From contig NC_043000.1 of NCBI RefSeq assembly GCF_006345805.1, positions 93,434,001-93,498,000 on the forward strand: a stretch of 64,000 nt of DNA. Reading direction: 5' to 3'. Both the position numbers and the translations under genes were made by a program. Origin of the DNA: Octopus sinensis (Eukaryota). The notes beneath the pieces were generated by a model, which was given only the letters and a program-made list of their open reading frames with translations, did not search any database and was not told where the DNA came from. Shown here in pieces: positions 25,929-41,154 of the stretch. Position 1 is the stretch's first letter. Each line of letters starts with the position of its first letter.

Positions 25929-27429
25929 TAGGGTCATCTCATAAGTAATGGGTTTTTTTTATACTTCTTTTATTTTTCAAAATAAAGATAATCAAAGTTC
26001 TTTTTTAATCTAAAATATACTCGCTTTCATTTTCTACAATGCTCTTCCATCTATCTGGCAGACTTGCAAGGACGATCTTCCAAAATTTACTTGTCTATGA
26101 TGAAGAATAATCCTCCAATACTGTTCCTGCCTCGTCTACAGAATTCATAGATTTTCATCCAAATAATTTTGAAGACAGTGGAATAAATGATAATCAGATG
26201 GGGCAATTTCCTGCGAATATGGTGGGTGGTGGATCATTTCCCATTCAAACTGCTCCAGCCTTTAAAATGTCATTCTTGCTGTATGTGGCTGAGCTTTATC
26301 CTGATGGAAGAACACATTTCATCTTGAAACCAAAGATGGTCATTTTCCTTCTAGCACTGACTTGAGCTGCTCAGACTGCTCACAGTAGATCTCCTTTGTT
26401 ATTGTTTGGCTTGGGTTTAACCCTTTCATTACCAACCCAGCTGAAACTGGCTCTGCTTCTGAGTACAAGTATCTTGTTTTCATAAGTTTTGAATTAAAAT
26501 CTTTCACCAAACCTTAGTCACAATTTATGTTCCTAACACTAGCTTAATGATGTCTAAGTTATTTTACTAAATTCTTTCTTATATTTAAAGTAATTGAATG
26601 AAACACAGAACATCACAATACAGTAACAAAAGGGTTAAAAGTTCAAAGTGGACTAAATTTTTCATATCCCACCAAACTGATAACAACACCTTATGTGGGT
26701 GAAGACCTTTAGCCTGGGGTGCCAGCGTTTCTCCTTTCCCTACCCACTATCTTCGGTGCTTGACATTTTTATAGAGAACCCATTTCTTGTCACCACTCAC
26801 TATTTGGTCCAAAAAGGTTCATTCCTGAGATGTGACAGCAAAGAAGAGCACATATTCACTCTCTGCACATGATTAGACTTGAAAATGTTGTGAGGAACCT
26901 ATTGACCCAATTTGCTGACATTTTTTATGGCACACAGGTATCGATGAATGGTTGAATGATCAAATCCAAGATTCTCTGCTAGTTCCTCCACAGTTACAAT
27001 GGGATTTTGTTCTATCAGGATTTGCAGAACATCCTCATCAAGCTCTACAGATCTTCCAGGATAAGGCTCATCTTCTAGGCTATAGTTTTTGGCTTAGAAT
27101 TTCTGGAATCACTATTAACATGGGCTTACACTTATTGTCTGATCTCCATATACTGCATTAATATTCCTTGCATTTTCTGTTGCGTTTTTGCCTTAATTGA
27201 ACTCATAAAGCAAAATATGCTAAATATGTTCCTTTGCCACTTCCATTATAGCTTTGAAAAAATAATAGTTAAATCGAACTGCACTCTTCAAAACTTGCAC
27301 TAAGAATAAGCACAAGGTAAAATTACTACCTGCTTTTATAGCAAGTTGTTGCAGGTAGTTTATCTCATCCCCCTCCCACTTTTAGTTCATGCAATTGAAG
27401 AAAACCTTATTAATTACGAGATGACCCAA
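25929..27429 (-). mobile_element. Near full-length decayed mariner transposon
   Basis: TIRs GGGTCATCTC(A/G)TAA at both ends with TA flanks; minus-strand traces of FHQDKAQPH and HPPYSQEIAPSDYHLF. Confidence 0.85.
26421..26634. mobile_element. piggyBac-type MITE nested in the mariner
   Basis: TTAA|CCCTTTCATTAC...GTAACAAAAGGG|TTAA. Confidence 0.8.
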
Positions 27430-27782
27430 TATATACACGCATGCACACACATACGTGTGTGTGTATATGCATATATATATGATAGAGATTGAAGAAGGAA
27501 CAGATACGAGGGTTTAGTAGTGAGGGAGTATTATTATCAAAGTGTAGGGAATGAACCAGATGTAAAGTGCATTGGATAGTGGTGGTGTTGGTGGTGGAAG
27601 TGATGAAGGTGATTTGGCGAGTGATGCATGTGTCTGAGAGAGGCTGGTTTCTCAGCTGGTCATTTGGTCATTGTCAATATAGACCTATGTTCTGGTCAGT
27701 TATGAAACGAACAAAAAAAAAAAAACAGAAATTAATTAATTGAGGTAAATGGATAAGACATAGTCTAAAAAAATGTGTATAT

Positions 27783-28180
27783 AGGCACAGGTATAGCTGT
27801 GTGGTAAAAAGCTTGCTTCTCAGACACATGGCTCCTGGTTCAGTCCCACTGCATGACACTTTGAGCAAGTGTCTTTTACAATAGTCTTAGGCCAACCAAA
27901 GACTTGTGAGTGGATCTGGTAGATGGAAATTGAAAGAAGCCTATCATATATATTTATATTTATGTGTGTGTGTATTTGTGTCTGTTTGTCCCCCACCATT
28001 GCTTGAGAACCGATGTTGGAGTGTTTACGTTGCCTTAACTTGGCAGTTCAGCAGAAGAGACTGATAGAATAAGTACTAGGCTTACAAAGATGTTGATTTG
28101 TTCGACCAAAACCCTTTAAGGTGGTGCTCCAGCATGGCTGCCATCAAATGACTGAAACAAGTAAAAGAATAAGAGAATAA
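27783..28180 (+). mobile_element. Full-length family A tRNA-derived SINE with internal TA/TG microsatellite
   Basis: Head, internal (TA)(TG) tract, body and AAGAGT-like tail; fragments also at ~3865-4002(-), 4290-4405(-), 20430-20630(-), 29890-30040, 57243-57410, 63660-63755. Confidence 0.85.
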
Positions 28181-28245
28181 AAGAATATGTGTATTAATGA
28201 ATAGTAATATATGTGTATTTGAACAACTATGTGTTTATGTATGCA

Positions 28246-28277
<32 letters not shown>

Positions 28278-28698
28278 GTGTGATTGAGAAAATTCTAAAA
28301 GGAGAGAGAGAAAGGTAGAGGAAGAGACCAAAAATACTGGTGAAAGGAGCAATGTGGTGTGGAGAAGAGAGAAGGAATGATGGGAAAGTTAAGGAATGTT
28401 GAGAAGCAAGAATAAGTTGCCAAGTCAATGAATGGGCCAGAGGATGGTCAAGAATCAATGGAGGTCTGAATATAATCAAGTTGTAATACAAAGATAGGTA
28501 GATGTATTTGTTTGGACACACACACATACATGCCTATCCAACCACCTGCTTGCATGCATGCGCATGACCGTGCACAGGTGAACACATCCATACCTATCAT
28601 TCTCTGTCTTTACCTATATATAGATGTGTTTCTCTCTCTAACTAGCTTTCTTTCTCTCTCACTCTCCCTCTTTTTCGCTATATCTATATATGTATGTA

Positions 28699-28732
<34 letters not shown>

Positions 28733-28780
28733 ATATATATATATATATATACACACATGCATATATATATATGTATATAT

Positions 28781-28823
<43 letters not shown>

Positions 28824-30209
28824 TGTATAAGGCTGCTCATCAGGTAAATTGCAAAATAACAGGTCACTAGACTGGGCTACATACGTATACATACATCCAT
28901 ACATATGATGTATATGTAGTTATCTACATATGTGCATGTATGCGTATACTTATATACATACATTACACACACACACAATATACTTATTTATTATATATAG
29001 ATATATACATACATACATACATACATACACCCACCCACACATATATATGGAGAGTAAAGGCTGGTTGGAGTGATTGACATATATTTATGCATGTTTATAT
29101 GTTTATGTATGTGTGTTCATGTGTGTATATACCTCATATGGTTTCTCAGCAAGCAAGACCTAACGAGTGGTTGAAAGCAAAAGCAAGAGAGCAATCCTGC
29201 TGGTATGGCCCAATCAGAAGTCTATTACCAAAAGTCTATTAACAAACATTGTGTCTCCACTTTATAATATAACATAGCATGATAGCAGTGTTGATATCGG
29301 TGGTGATATTGGTGGCACCATCAGTTTGTAGTGGTGATAGTTTGTGAGTGGTGATTGTAGCAATGGCTGTGGCGTGGTGTCAGTGTTGGTAGGGAAAAAT
29401 GGCTTGTTCAGTGAAGCAATCTCAAATGGAATGGATGCTCAGTTTTATAAAAGACGGTCCAGTCGGTCATTCGATGTCAGCCATTTGCTTCTGTTCAAGC
29501 AAATGATTTTCGTGAATTAAGTACAGGCTAAGGCGAGTCACAATAGAAGCACGTTAAGACATTGTTATCGTAGTTGGGTTTTAAGTGTTGGGTTTTTTGG
29601 CGTTGGGTCTCTAGACGGCAGCAGCAGTACCCACCACCACCACCACCACCACCACCACCACCACCGCTGCTGCTGCTGCCATCACCATCACCACCATCAT
29701 CACCACCATCACCAATATACCTGTCAAACTAGATTGAACAGTTTAGGCTATAGGCTGTTCTTTTACACAGAAAATAAACCAAAACAACATTACTACCACT
29801 ACCACCACCACCAATACTACTATTATCACTACCACCAGTACAACTATGAATATTACCAACCACCACCACCACCACCACCACTACTACTATTGCCTGTAAC
29901 TTACTGGTTCAGTAAAAGAGACTGATAGAATAAGTACTGGGTTTACAAAGAATAAGCCCTTGGGTTAATTTGCTTAACTAAAGTTGGTGCTCCAGCATGG
30001 CTGCAGTCAAATGCCTGAAACAAGTAAAAGAATAAAAGAATATATATATATATATATATTATTATATACTTGCGGAGTGTTTGGCATTAGGAAGGGCATC
30101 CAGCTGTAGAAACACTGCCAGATCAGACTGGAGCCTGGAGCAACCCCTGGCTCCCCAGACCCCGGTCGAACCGTCCAACCCGTGCTAGCGTGGAAAACGG
30201 ACGTTAAAC

Positions 30210-30257
<48 letters not shown>

Positions 30258-31093
30258 ATATATATATATATATTTGTATCTATATATATACATCCAAATT
30301 GAGTGAGTGGAACAGGTAAAATTCAGGCTAAAATTCAGATCCTCTGAGGCAGTAATTACCCAACAAGGGATACTCAACTAGCTACTAATTAGGCTGAATA
30401 TACCGCGATTATATGAAGGTTCCATTGTCATTAAGGAATTCCCAAGTTTACTTGTCAAAGATATGATATGAAATTTTATACCTACCAAGGACTGCTCAAA
30501 GCTTACAGACACCCTACACTTAGATCCTTGGATCTTATAATTACATATCAATATCCCTTCATCGTCACCCCTCCCTCGTTACCCCACTCCTACACATTCC
30601 AACCCCATCATCCCTATACATTTCATCCCACCCTCCACCCCATCCATTAGACTCCACCCTTGCTTCCCCCACACACCAACACCACCACACCACACACCAA
30701 CACACCATGCACCCCCACTCTACCACACCACACACCAGCACACCACACACCAGCACACCACACACCAGCACACCACACACAATCATACCACACCACATTA
30801 CACCACCCTGCACACACTAGCACTAACCACTTCCCAGCACCCACACTAGCACTTACCACTTCCCACCACCTACTCCATCATCCACACACCTACACATACA
30901 CATGTCAATGTCATCAGCCCCCTTCAACATGCTCATACACACGCACGTCCACCTTCATTTTGGGATCACCACTCCTTTATTATCTCCCCTTCTTCCTAGC
31001 TCTCCTGTATAACCCTCTGTCCTGCATTCACCATAATAGATCTCTAGCCACAAAACATTTTTCTATTTTCTTTTACTGTTTATTTCTGTGTTC

Positions 31094-31129
31094 CTTTTTG
31101 TTGAAGAGCGTAGGCTCGAAACGTAAAAG
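31094..31129 (+). ncRNA. Degenerate minimal hammerhead-like motif (PLE pLTR type)
   Basis: CTTT-TTGTTGA-A-GAGC(GTAG)GCTC-GAAA-CG-TA-AAAG: stems I and II and the ACGT palindrome are intact; core deviates at C3 and A6. Confidence 0.5.
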
Positions 31130-31212
31130 ACTTTCTCACTTCTTAAGCATTAAACTAATACATCTGTTTGTTTACACACCTGGCTTCGTCTTTTGTTTTT
31201 TGTAAATTCTCA

Positions 31213-31256
<44 letters not shown>

Positions 31257-32019
31257 TGGATGAGTGATGTAGAATTTGAAATGAGTAATTTACTTGAGTT
31301 CAACTTGACTGAGTGTTATGCAGTGAATACTTCTGATGCCCTCATACCTAAGACATCTCCATGACCCTGCAAACGCAATTACCATGCAACCAATCCCACT
31401 GATTATCTATCTTCTTCTACTGCTCATACTTCAGTACTCACTACCCATTGGTCTATCAGATTTACAATTGATAAATATCATTTCCGATATTGCACTGCAT
31501 TAACCTTCGGTGTTCATTGATTTACAAGAACCCAAGTTTATTCACATTAGATGACAAAAATAATAAAAATAATAATAACAATTACGGTAATAAAAATAAT
31601 AATAATAATAACAACAATAATAATGATGATGATGATGATGATTATGATGATGAAGGTAAATAAACAACTTCAAAAAATAAACAACCTCTTTCTACAATTT
31701 TTGCATGCATTCCATTGATTCCAAGTGATTACCATTTATCGAGGAACTCCCGGCAGACCGAAATAATTGAAAGATTTGAAATGTCTTATTAAGAAAAACA
31801 TATTCAAGGAACTGACAATGTTATTGAGAGGAGACTGGTGAGAACAGCAACTGGATATACATACATATATACATACATACATATACATACATGTACATAC
31901 ATATACATACATGTACATACATGCATACATATATATGTATATATATATATATAGATGGTGTGTATACACTACACACACTCATACATATATGTGTGTATAT
32001 ATTATATTTATGTATATAT

Positions 32020-32070
<51 letters not shown>

Positions 32071-32316
32071 TGTATATAAATTATTTATTATGCAGTCTTT
32101 CTTCAATCACATCGCAGTATATTCAGTCATTTGCAGGAGAGTGCAAACAATTTTTCTCTCTGTATCTAAATGCATGCAGATATAAAAAATTGTATACATA
32201 TGCATACATGCACATATACATATATGTATGTATACATGTATATATATGCATGTGTGGGGGTGTGTGCAGCATGCATGTGTATGTATGTATTTGTATGTAT
32301 ATACATATATATGTAA

Positions 32317-32351
<35 letters not shown>

Positions 32352-32487
32352 AAGATATATATGTAAAGATATATATATATATATATATATATTGTATATA
32401 TATGTATATATATTGTGTGTATATATATATAATATATATTATATATATATATATATATTATATTTTGTATGTATATTTATATTATAT

Positions 32488-32532
<45 letters not shown>

Positions 32533-32764
32533 GTATATATATACATATGGTCATATGCAACTGACATTCTTATATGTGTATATGTTGTATGGTGTGTGTT
32601 TGTTGTTGTTTGTGTGTGCATGTGTGTGTGTTGGTAGCAAGGGATGTTTTGCTTTCCTCGAGAGTCCAGCTTGTCATATAAGAAGAGGAAAAGTTGAAAA
32701 TACTTTTCCAGCAAGTATAAGAAATTTTTTGTATGTTAGGAATGTTTTGAAATTGAAACAAATA

Positions 32765-33232
32765 TTACCACCACCACCATTAGCACCACCATCACCACCA
32801 CCACCACCACCACCACCACTCATATGACCAGGATCCCCATTATTAACAGCAGCATCAACACCACCACCACCACCATGACCAATGCCACCACAAAAATCAC
32901 CACCACCACCACCACTGTCATCACCACTACCACCACCACCACCACCACCACCACCACCACTGCCAACACAACCACCACCACCACCATCACCACCACTGTC
33001 ACTGCCACCGCTACCACCACCACCACCACCACCACCACCACCATCACCACCATTAACACCAAAACTACCACCCATATCATCAACATCTACTAAGAGCAAC
33101 ACTACCACCACTGTCACCACTACCATCGTCATCACTACCACCACCCATATTACCAGCTTCTCCACTATTGCAAGCAGCAGCAGCAGCACGATGACGACCA
33201 CCACCACCATGACCAATGCCACCACAAAAATC
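32765..33232. repeat. Degenerate (CCA)n tract
   Basis: Explains the poly-Pro/Thr/Gly ORFs; contains a ~36-bp direct repeat at ~32863-32898 and ~33197-33232. Confidence 0.85.
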
Positions 33233-33504
33233 TTGAGCAGAAGTTTGAATCAAAGGTGGTGAGCTGGCAGAATCGTTAGCAAGCCAGGATAATGAATGGT
33301 TAGCAGTATTTCGTCTATTGCAACATTCTGAGTTCAAATTCCGCCAAGGTCTTTCATCCTTTCGGGGCTGATTAAATAAGTACCAGTTATGCACTGGGGT
33401 CGATGTAACTGACTTAATCCCTTCCCCCAAATTTCAAGCTTTGTGTCTTCAATAGAGAGGATTATTATTATTATTATATTATTATTATTATTATTATTAT
33501 TATT

Positions 33505-33955
33505 GTTATCTTTTTTTCTTCTTCTTTCAAATTTGCATCCATTTCTTGCCGAGTGTCTTCCCGACTCCTAGGGCAAAGAAACTCATAGTATACATTGGTA
33601 GGCCATTAAACTAGACTCACTAGTTCGTTCATTTTTTTTTTTTAAAGTTAAATTAAAATACATGGGTAGTAATAGTTTTTCTCCATCGACAATGCTCTTC
33701 TCAATATTGTGATGTACCAGTTAAGACAATCTTTGCACTTCTTGCAGGGATGGTAAGCCAGGGATCATTCTCATATAATTTTCGGTTCCCTTCTTGATCA
33801 TTCCTAGTCCCTACGATCACTGGTATTGTAATCGCCTTGAGATGCCAACTTTTCTCAATTTCAATGAGCAGGTCTTTATAATTTTCTGAGCTTGTGAAAC
33901 TTTTTCGCCGAGATATTATGATCACAGGGGATGCTCAATAAGCAAACTTACTATC
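33505..33955 (-). mobile_element. R4/Dong-type 3' fragment (third subfamily)
   Basis: YKDLLIEIEKSWHLKAITIPVIVG; flanked by (TTA)n. Confidence 0.8.
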
Positions 33956-34410
33956 ATCATTATTATTAAGGCGGTGAGCTGGCAGAATTGTTCGCACGTC
34001 AGGTGATATGTTTAGCAGTATTTCATCTGCCGCCACGTTCTGAGTTCAAATTCCGCTGAGGTCGACTTGCCTTTCATCCTTTCGGGGTCGATTAAGAAAG
34101 AACGAGTTACGCAATGGGGTCGATGTAATCGACTTAATTCCCTCCCCCAAGCTGCCCTAGTGGCAAAAACTTGAAATCATTATCATTATTATTGTTATAA
34201 TTATTAGGGGTATTGAGCTGGCAGAATCATTAGCACACCAGGAAAAATGCTTAGCGGCATTTCGTCTGCCTTTATATTCTGAGTTCAAATTCTGCTGAGG
34301 TCAGCTTTGCCTTTCATCCTTTCAAGGTTGATAAATTAAGCATCAGTGAAACACTGGGGTTGCTGCAGAAATAATTATTATTCTTATTATTATTACTATT
34401 ATACTTACTA

Positions 34411-34800
34411 CTAACAGTATCGCCTGGCATTGCTTGGGTTTGTTTTTTAACCCTTTAGACTTGGAATTTTTGAAAAGTAAAAATTTTTCATTATGTAGCT
34501 TGTTATTTTCTTTAAGTGAACATTTTTCTGGTTGAAATACACCGAAAAATGGCAACACAGCAGTCAAAAAATCGTAAAAATAGGGATTTTCATAGAAAAA
34601 AAAGCACCTTTATGGTGTAAATAATTTTTGGTCTTAACATGGTCCGATTTGAATTTTATCTTCTACGGAATAAAGAGCAAGCCTTCTTCTATCATACTCT
34701 CAATTTTCGTCAACTTGTGCCGCAAGGTCTCGGACGAGATAGTGTTAGTTGAAGGCCACCAAACCTGCCACACAGATAACTTCAGCTTTATATATAGAGA
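34411..34800 (-). mobile_element. Non-autonomous Helitron
   Basis: Minus strand A|TCTCTATATA...ACCCAAGCAATGCCAGGCGATACTGTTAG|T: 5' TC, decayed subterminal GC-rich hairpin, CTAG-like end, A/T target. Confidence 0.7.
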
Positions 34801-34916
34801 TTTTTACTATTATTCTTATTATTATCATCGTGATCATTATCATTATTATTATCTTAGCAATACTCTTTCTCACTACACCCCTGTCCAAAAGAAGAAAACA
34901 AAGAGGCAAACACACA

Positions 34917-34954
<38 letters not shown>

Positions 34955-35631
34955 ATATATACATCCACAAAATGAAGTAATTTCACTGAAATAGGAAAGA
35001 TAAATAGAACAAAAAAAATTTGAATAATAATTGAAAACAAAATAATATTTATTATCTTAACCATCTCTCCCTCCCTCCGACCTCTACCCAAAATTTAGTA
35101 CATTTAGTGAATTTTTTTTTGTATATTTTTTGCTTCTAATTCTCACATTTTTTAGAATTTAATCTCTGGCATTTTTTCTACAAATTTCTTTCTTTCTTCC
35201 ATTATTTACTCTGTTTTACTATGTAATAGTTCAGTGTATATCTTGGATGAAATGTCAAAAGTTTCCTTTCTTTTTTTTCTTCGTAATTTCCACTCTTTTG
35301 TCAAACTGTAGAAATATCGGTTGTCACTCATCTGCGGGTAGAATGTTTGTCTTTCAAGCAAGCATGTTTTGGCTACACAAACACACACACACACACAACA
35401 CACACACACACACACACACACTTACACATACATGTACCTATATATGGTATATACATACATATATATATGCATATGTATGTATATATATATATATATATAT
35501 AATATATATGTATATATGTATATATATAAATATATACATATATATATACATACAATATGATATATATATATATTGTTTATATATATATGTATATACATAT
35601 GTAGGTATGTATTCCTGTGTGTGTGTATATT

Positions 35632-35672
<41 letters not shown>

Positions 35673-36465
35673 CATACATATACATACACAACACACACAC
35701 GCACACACACTCACAGACATATATATATATATTTGGTGAATGAAAATGAGTGGCGATGGAGATTTTTGAAAAATAATAATATGAAGAATGATGATGACAA
35801 TGATGATGATGGCAAAAAAAGAACAAAAGAGATTATTAGCCACCATGTCTAATGAATTTTGGCATATGCTTTGTCATCCTATATATATTAATATATATAT
35901 ATTATATATATATATATATATACATTTAGATATATACATATAGATATTCATGTTTGTATATATATGTAAGCTATATATGTATATATACACACACACATGC
36001 ACATACATTCATACACACACATACATGTAGATATAGATATAAGTATATCAATATGTCTGCATATCTAGAGATATATGGAGGAAACGTATTGCTGCTCCAT
36101 GTGGAGATTTTTATAATAATAATACTAGTCATCATGATAATGTTGAGGATCAGAAAGAAGATGAAGATGGTGCTGATGATTCGATAATATTGATAATTAT
36201 ATTAGAGGGTGTGCTAAAACAGATGGTGGGGAACAGAGGAAAAGACGATAACATTAAATAGAATAGGACTATGCATAACACATAAATAATATAACATGCA
36301 TATTTAAACACATAGGTGATAATTCAAACAAGGATATACATGTCTATATATATCTATATTTATATATACATATATATATATGAGTATTCAAACTATGCGT
36401 ATGTAATATATCTATACTTGTATAACAACTCACACACAAACACACAGACATATATATACATCCAT

Positions 36466-36507
<42 letters not shown>

Positions 36508-36878
36508 ATTGTATATGAAAAAATTGTGTGATTTTTTTGTGTATTGTATCTGTACGAATGTGTGTATATGTTAATCCCTGTGTAAGCTTTTTCCATGTGT
36601 TTGCATGTCTGCTAAGCAAGTCAACTTGTATATAAAAATACGTAAAAAAGAAAAAAAAGTAAAAGAATAATTTCTTTATCATAGCTAAAAAGTTGCATTA
36701 CATCAGGCATACATATATGTGCTTGTATATACACTATATATATATACACACACACACACACATATATATATAGGCACATATGTATATATATATATAAATG
36801 TGTATATATATATATATATATCTATATATATATATATATGGGCATATATGATATATAATGTGTGTATAACTATATATA

Positions 36879-36921
<43 letters not shown>

Positions 36922-39650
36922 TCATGCACACAGACACACATAAATGCATGCATACATACATATGCACATTTATACACCTACACATAATTTGTAATTGTCT
37001 CTGTTGGTTTGCAGTTTTATTTTTCACGAGTTTCTCAATTGTGGTTCACTTTACATTCTAAGGAAAATTATAAAAGTGGGCTTTCTTACCAAATTCAACA
37101 GGGAGATTTCTCTCTTCCATGTGTATACTCCAATGATTTCTATAGGTGACTGGATTCATTCATACACTGCTCTGTGTATCTGCAATTATTATTATTCCGA
37201 TGGCCATTTATCACTTTCACTCTGGTCCCCAAAGTAAATCCCTGCAATGCATCTTCAATGAATATGTTTTGCTTTAAGTCTGCTGCAGTTGTATTATATG
37301 CAATAGAAGGTATGCATGTGCATAACTATACACATGCATATACATGCACGTGCACGCATGAATATATACACTCACGCATATACATACACACATTTCCTCA
37401 CCTATATGTGCATGTGTGTATATACAAACTCGCATACATGTGTGTGTACGGAACTATATGCCTCTATGCTTGCTTATTCATGCATACATATATGCATATA
37501 TACATACATGCATACTAGCATATATACTTATATATACATGTACATATGCATGCATATTTTCTTATATATTTGTGTATATGTCTATAACTTTATTTGTAGA
37601 TGTATGTGTGCAAATTTATATATATGTGTGTGTGTGTGTGTATTTGTATACATGTACATACATATATAGAGAGAGGGACAGCATATAGAAATATATGAGC
37701 ATTTACATATATATACATATATATATATTATATATATATTATATATATAATATATATATATGAATCATATATATACATATATATGAGCATTTACATATAT
37801 ATATACATATATATATATATATAATATATATATGAATCCATATATACATATATATGTATATATACATATGTACATGCATCATACATACATGCATTCATAA
37901 ATGCATATATCATACGTACATGCATATATGTAATATATAATATATATATATATTATATATATATATATACACATACGTATGTATATATTTATACATACAT
38001 ACATACAATACATACATACATAATATATATATATATATTATACATTATAATATATTATATATATACTCTATGTATGTATATAGGTAGGTATCTATGCAAT
38101 GCATATATATATACACATATATGTGTGCATCTGTGTATAATTGTGCACATTTCAATTGCTGAATATACAGTGTTTGGCGTTGTATTCTGTCATAAATCTG
38201 TGCATCAGTGGAATTATTACACAACTATATAATTGACTAAAGATAAAAAAACTTGTCTAAGAAGCTTTTGATATGCTTCTGTTGATGAGGAAATCTTTCC
38301 TTTAACAGAAATACAGTTTGGAAAACAGAAAGCTTATCCCAGGAGATTGTGTTTTTCTGTGATAACAGCAACATTCTTATAACTGCTTCAAACATTTTCT
38401 AATACATAATTCAAAATGTGATTCATGATGATGACGATGACAATCCAGAAGAGGATAATGATGATGATTAGGATGGTGAAAATAATATTCCCAATAAAAA
38501 AGAAAACAGTATTGTAAATAATGTTAATGATAACTGTGGAGATTTTTCAGCTCTTGGAACAACATGGAATGAGAAATTTACTGGTGGAAAATGTTATCAT
38601 CGTAATTGCCATCAGCATTTATTTCCCCTGCATATCATTGCTCATCTGCAAGGCTCAGTATTTTGTGTACTACACTCATATTCATCCTTGGGTGGATTTT
38701 TTTTTTGTTTTGATAACAGAAAATTTCTTATATTTGTTTCAAATATTTTCTTCAGCATTCCTTTTCCAATTGGCAGCACAAATTGATATTCAAACATGAC
38801 ATTTTATTGTCTTGAGCTGTGGCACTCATTGAGCCAGTTACCTGGTTTCCATGACATTTAAATAACTGAGGCCACAACATACACCCTGAACATGGTGCCA
38901 GACCATCATAGGGTAACTCTTTTACAGCTGAATGGACTGAGTCAATGTAAAATTAAATGTTTCCTCAAGAACACAACACATCACCCAGTCTAGAAATTGA
39001 AACCATGGTCTTGTGATTATGAGTGCAACATCCTGTCCACAAGGGTATGCACTTTTACATTCACACAGAACATTTATCATCATTTCATGTCAAACAGTGA
39101 CACCAACACTGTTATCTCCCCTGTATATGTTTAGCCATGAAGGTACATGGCTCAATGGTTAGAACGTTGGGCTCACAAACATGAGGTAGTGAGTTTGATT
39201 CCCAGACTGGGCTGTGTGTTGTGTTCTTGAGAAAAACATTTCATTTCATGAGCATGATCGCTGCAAGCAGCTGACTGGCTTCCGTGCTGGTGGCACATAA
39301 AAAGCACTATTCAAATGTGATCGTTACCAGCGTCGCCTTACTGGCACTTGTGCCAGTAGCACATGAAAAACATTCGAGCGAGGTCGTTGCCAGTGCCACT
39401 GGACTGGCTCCTGTGTAGGTGGCACATAAAATCACCACTTGAGTGCGGCCGTTGCCAGTACCGCCTGACTGGCGCTCGTGCCGGCGGCACGTAAAAGCAC
39501 CCACTACACTCTCAGAGTGGTTGGTGTTAGGAAGGGCATCCAGCAGTAGAAACTCTGCCAGATCAGATTGGAGTCTGGTGCAGCCATCTGGTTCACCAGT
39601 CCTCAGTCAAATCGCCCAACCCATGCTAGCATGGAAAGCGGACGTTAAAC

Positions 39651-39696
<46 letters not shown>

Positions 39697-39959
39697 TTGC
39701 TCTACTTCACTCAGTTGTAGAAATGAGCTGCAATGTCACTGGTACCAACATCTGGTGGCATGGAGAGGGGAGGCTGGTATACTTAGGGTGACTGCTGATC
39801 TTCCATAAATGGACTTGTACGATGGAGGAAAATTTCTAGGTGTAATCCCATGAGCATTCATGACCAAATGGGATCTTTACTCTTGCATATGGTTAGGTAA
39901 TGTCATCAGTTGTATGAATTCTTATAGCATTGAATAGAATTTTGTAGGTACTAGACATC

Positions 39960-40650
39960 TGTCAGTCTTGGGAGGCCATGGATCTGTGCCCAAAGAAATG
40001 GTATCAGCTGCTGATGGTGATGCAGTGTCTGTTGTGGCTGTACTGCCCCACATGGGAGTGGCAGTGATGCACACAGCAACTGCATTTGAAGGAGCTCTCT
40101 GCCAGTGCTGATGATTTTTTTCCCTTCCGTTGAATGCGATTTCCATTGATGGCAAGCACCGGTTTGTCTTCCACAGTATTTTATTTCTTTATTGCTCACA
40201 AGGGGCTAAACATAGAGGGGACAAACAAGAACAGACAAAGGGATTAAGTCGATTACATCGCCACCGTACGTAACTGGTACTTAATTTATCGACTCCGAAA
40301 GAATGAAAGGCAAAGTCGACCTCGGCGGAATTTGAACTCAGAACGTAAAGACAGGCGAAATACCGCTAAGCATTTTGCCCGGCATGTTAACGTTTGTGCC
40401 AGCTTGCCACCTTTCACAGTATTTGCCTCCAGTGTGGGCAATTATTTGCAGCCTCCCCCAATCTCAGGACGTCCAGATCAAGTGATTTCATATCTGTCTT
40501 GCACTTACAGACATTTTTGAAATGAAAATGTGGTAGTCTTCATGCTCTCGTACTGGTAGCCAATTCCTCATGCATGAGGCCTTTTGAGATACTTTCGTCT
40601 GACATGTAATGAACACGACTGAGCCGGCTCAAACAATGCTGCTGCAGAAA
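39960..40650 (-). mobile_element. Decayed RTE (BovB-like) LINE 3' region interrupted by a SINE
   Basis: EELATSTRA*RLPHFHFKNVCK..DMKSLDLDV resembles the GELxxGxRxxGRPxLRFKDxxKxD motif. Confidence 0.65.
40182..40414 (-). mobile_element. Family B SINE with TSD
   Basis: TSD CACAGTATTT at 40172-40181 and 40415-40424. Confidence 0.9.
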
Positions 40651-40933
40651 GATGTGTATGACAAGAATGACTTACAAGGAATTAAGTAAACTCATTAGTA
40701 CTGATGCTATGATGAAATACACTCAATACACTATGAAATGGTTGACAAACAAATATTGGCAATGTAGTTGTAGGAATCTCAAACCTTCCAAATTTTCCTG
40801 ACATTTTTTTTTTAAAGGCTAATGAAGTATAAAGTATAAGATGTATACAAAACAGTCCCACTGCAACAGAGTAATATTAGATAATACTGAAAAGATGTAA
40901 GACTAATCGTATACAGAAAAAACTGAGTAGAAT

Positions 40934-41105
40934 AGGCGTAGGAGTGGCTGTGTGGTAAGTAGCTTGCTTACGAAGCACATGGTTCCAGGTTCAGTCCCAC
41001 TGCGTGGCACCTTGGGCAAGTGTCTTCTACTATAGCCTCGCGCCAACCAAAGCCTTGTGAGAGGATTTGGTAGATGGAAACTGAAAGAAGCCCAGCGTAT
41101 ATATG

Positions 41106-41154
<49 letters not shown>

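Noticed and set aside
32674-33262. Gly-rich or Pro-rich (extensin/formin-like) protein
   Set aside because: Degenerate (CCA)n open in several frames on both strands
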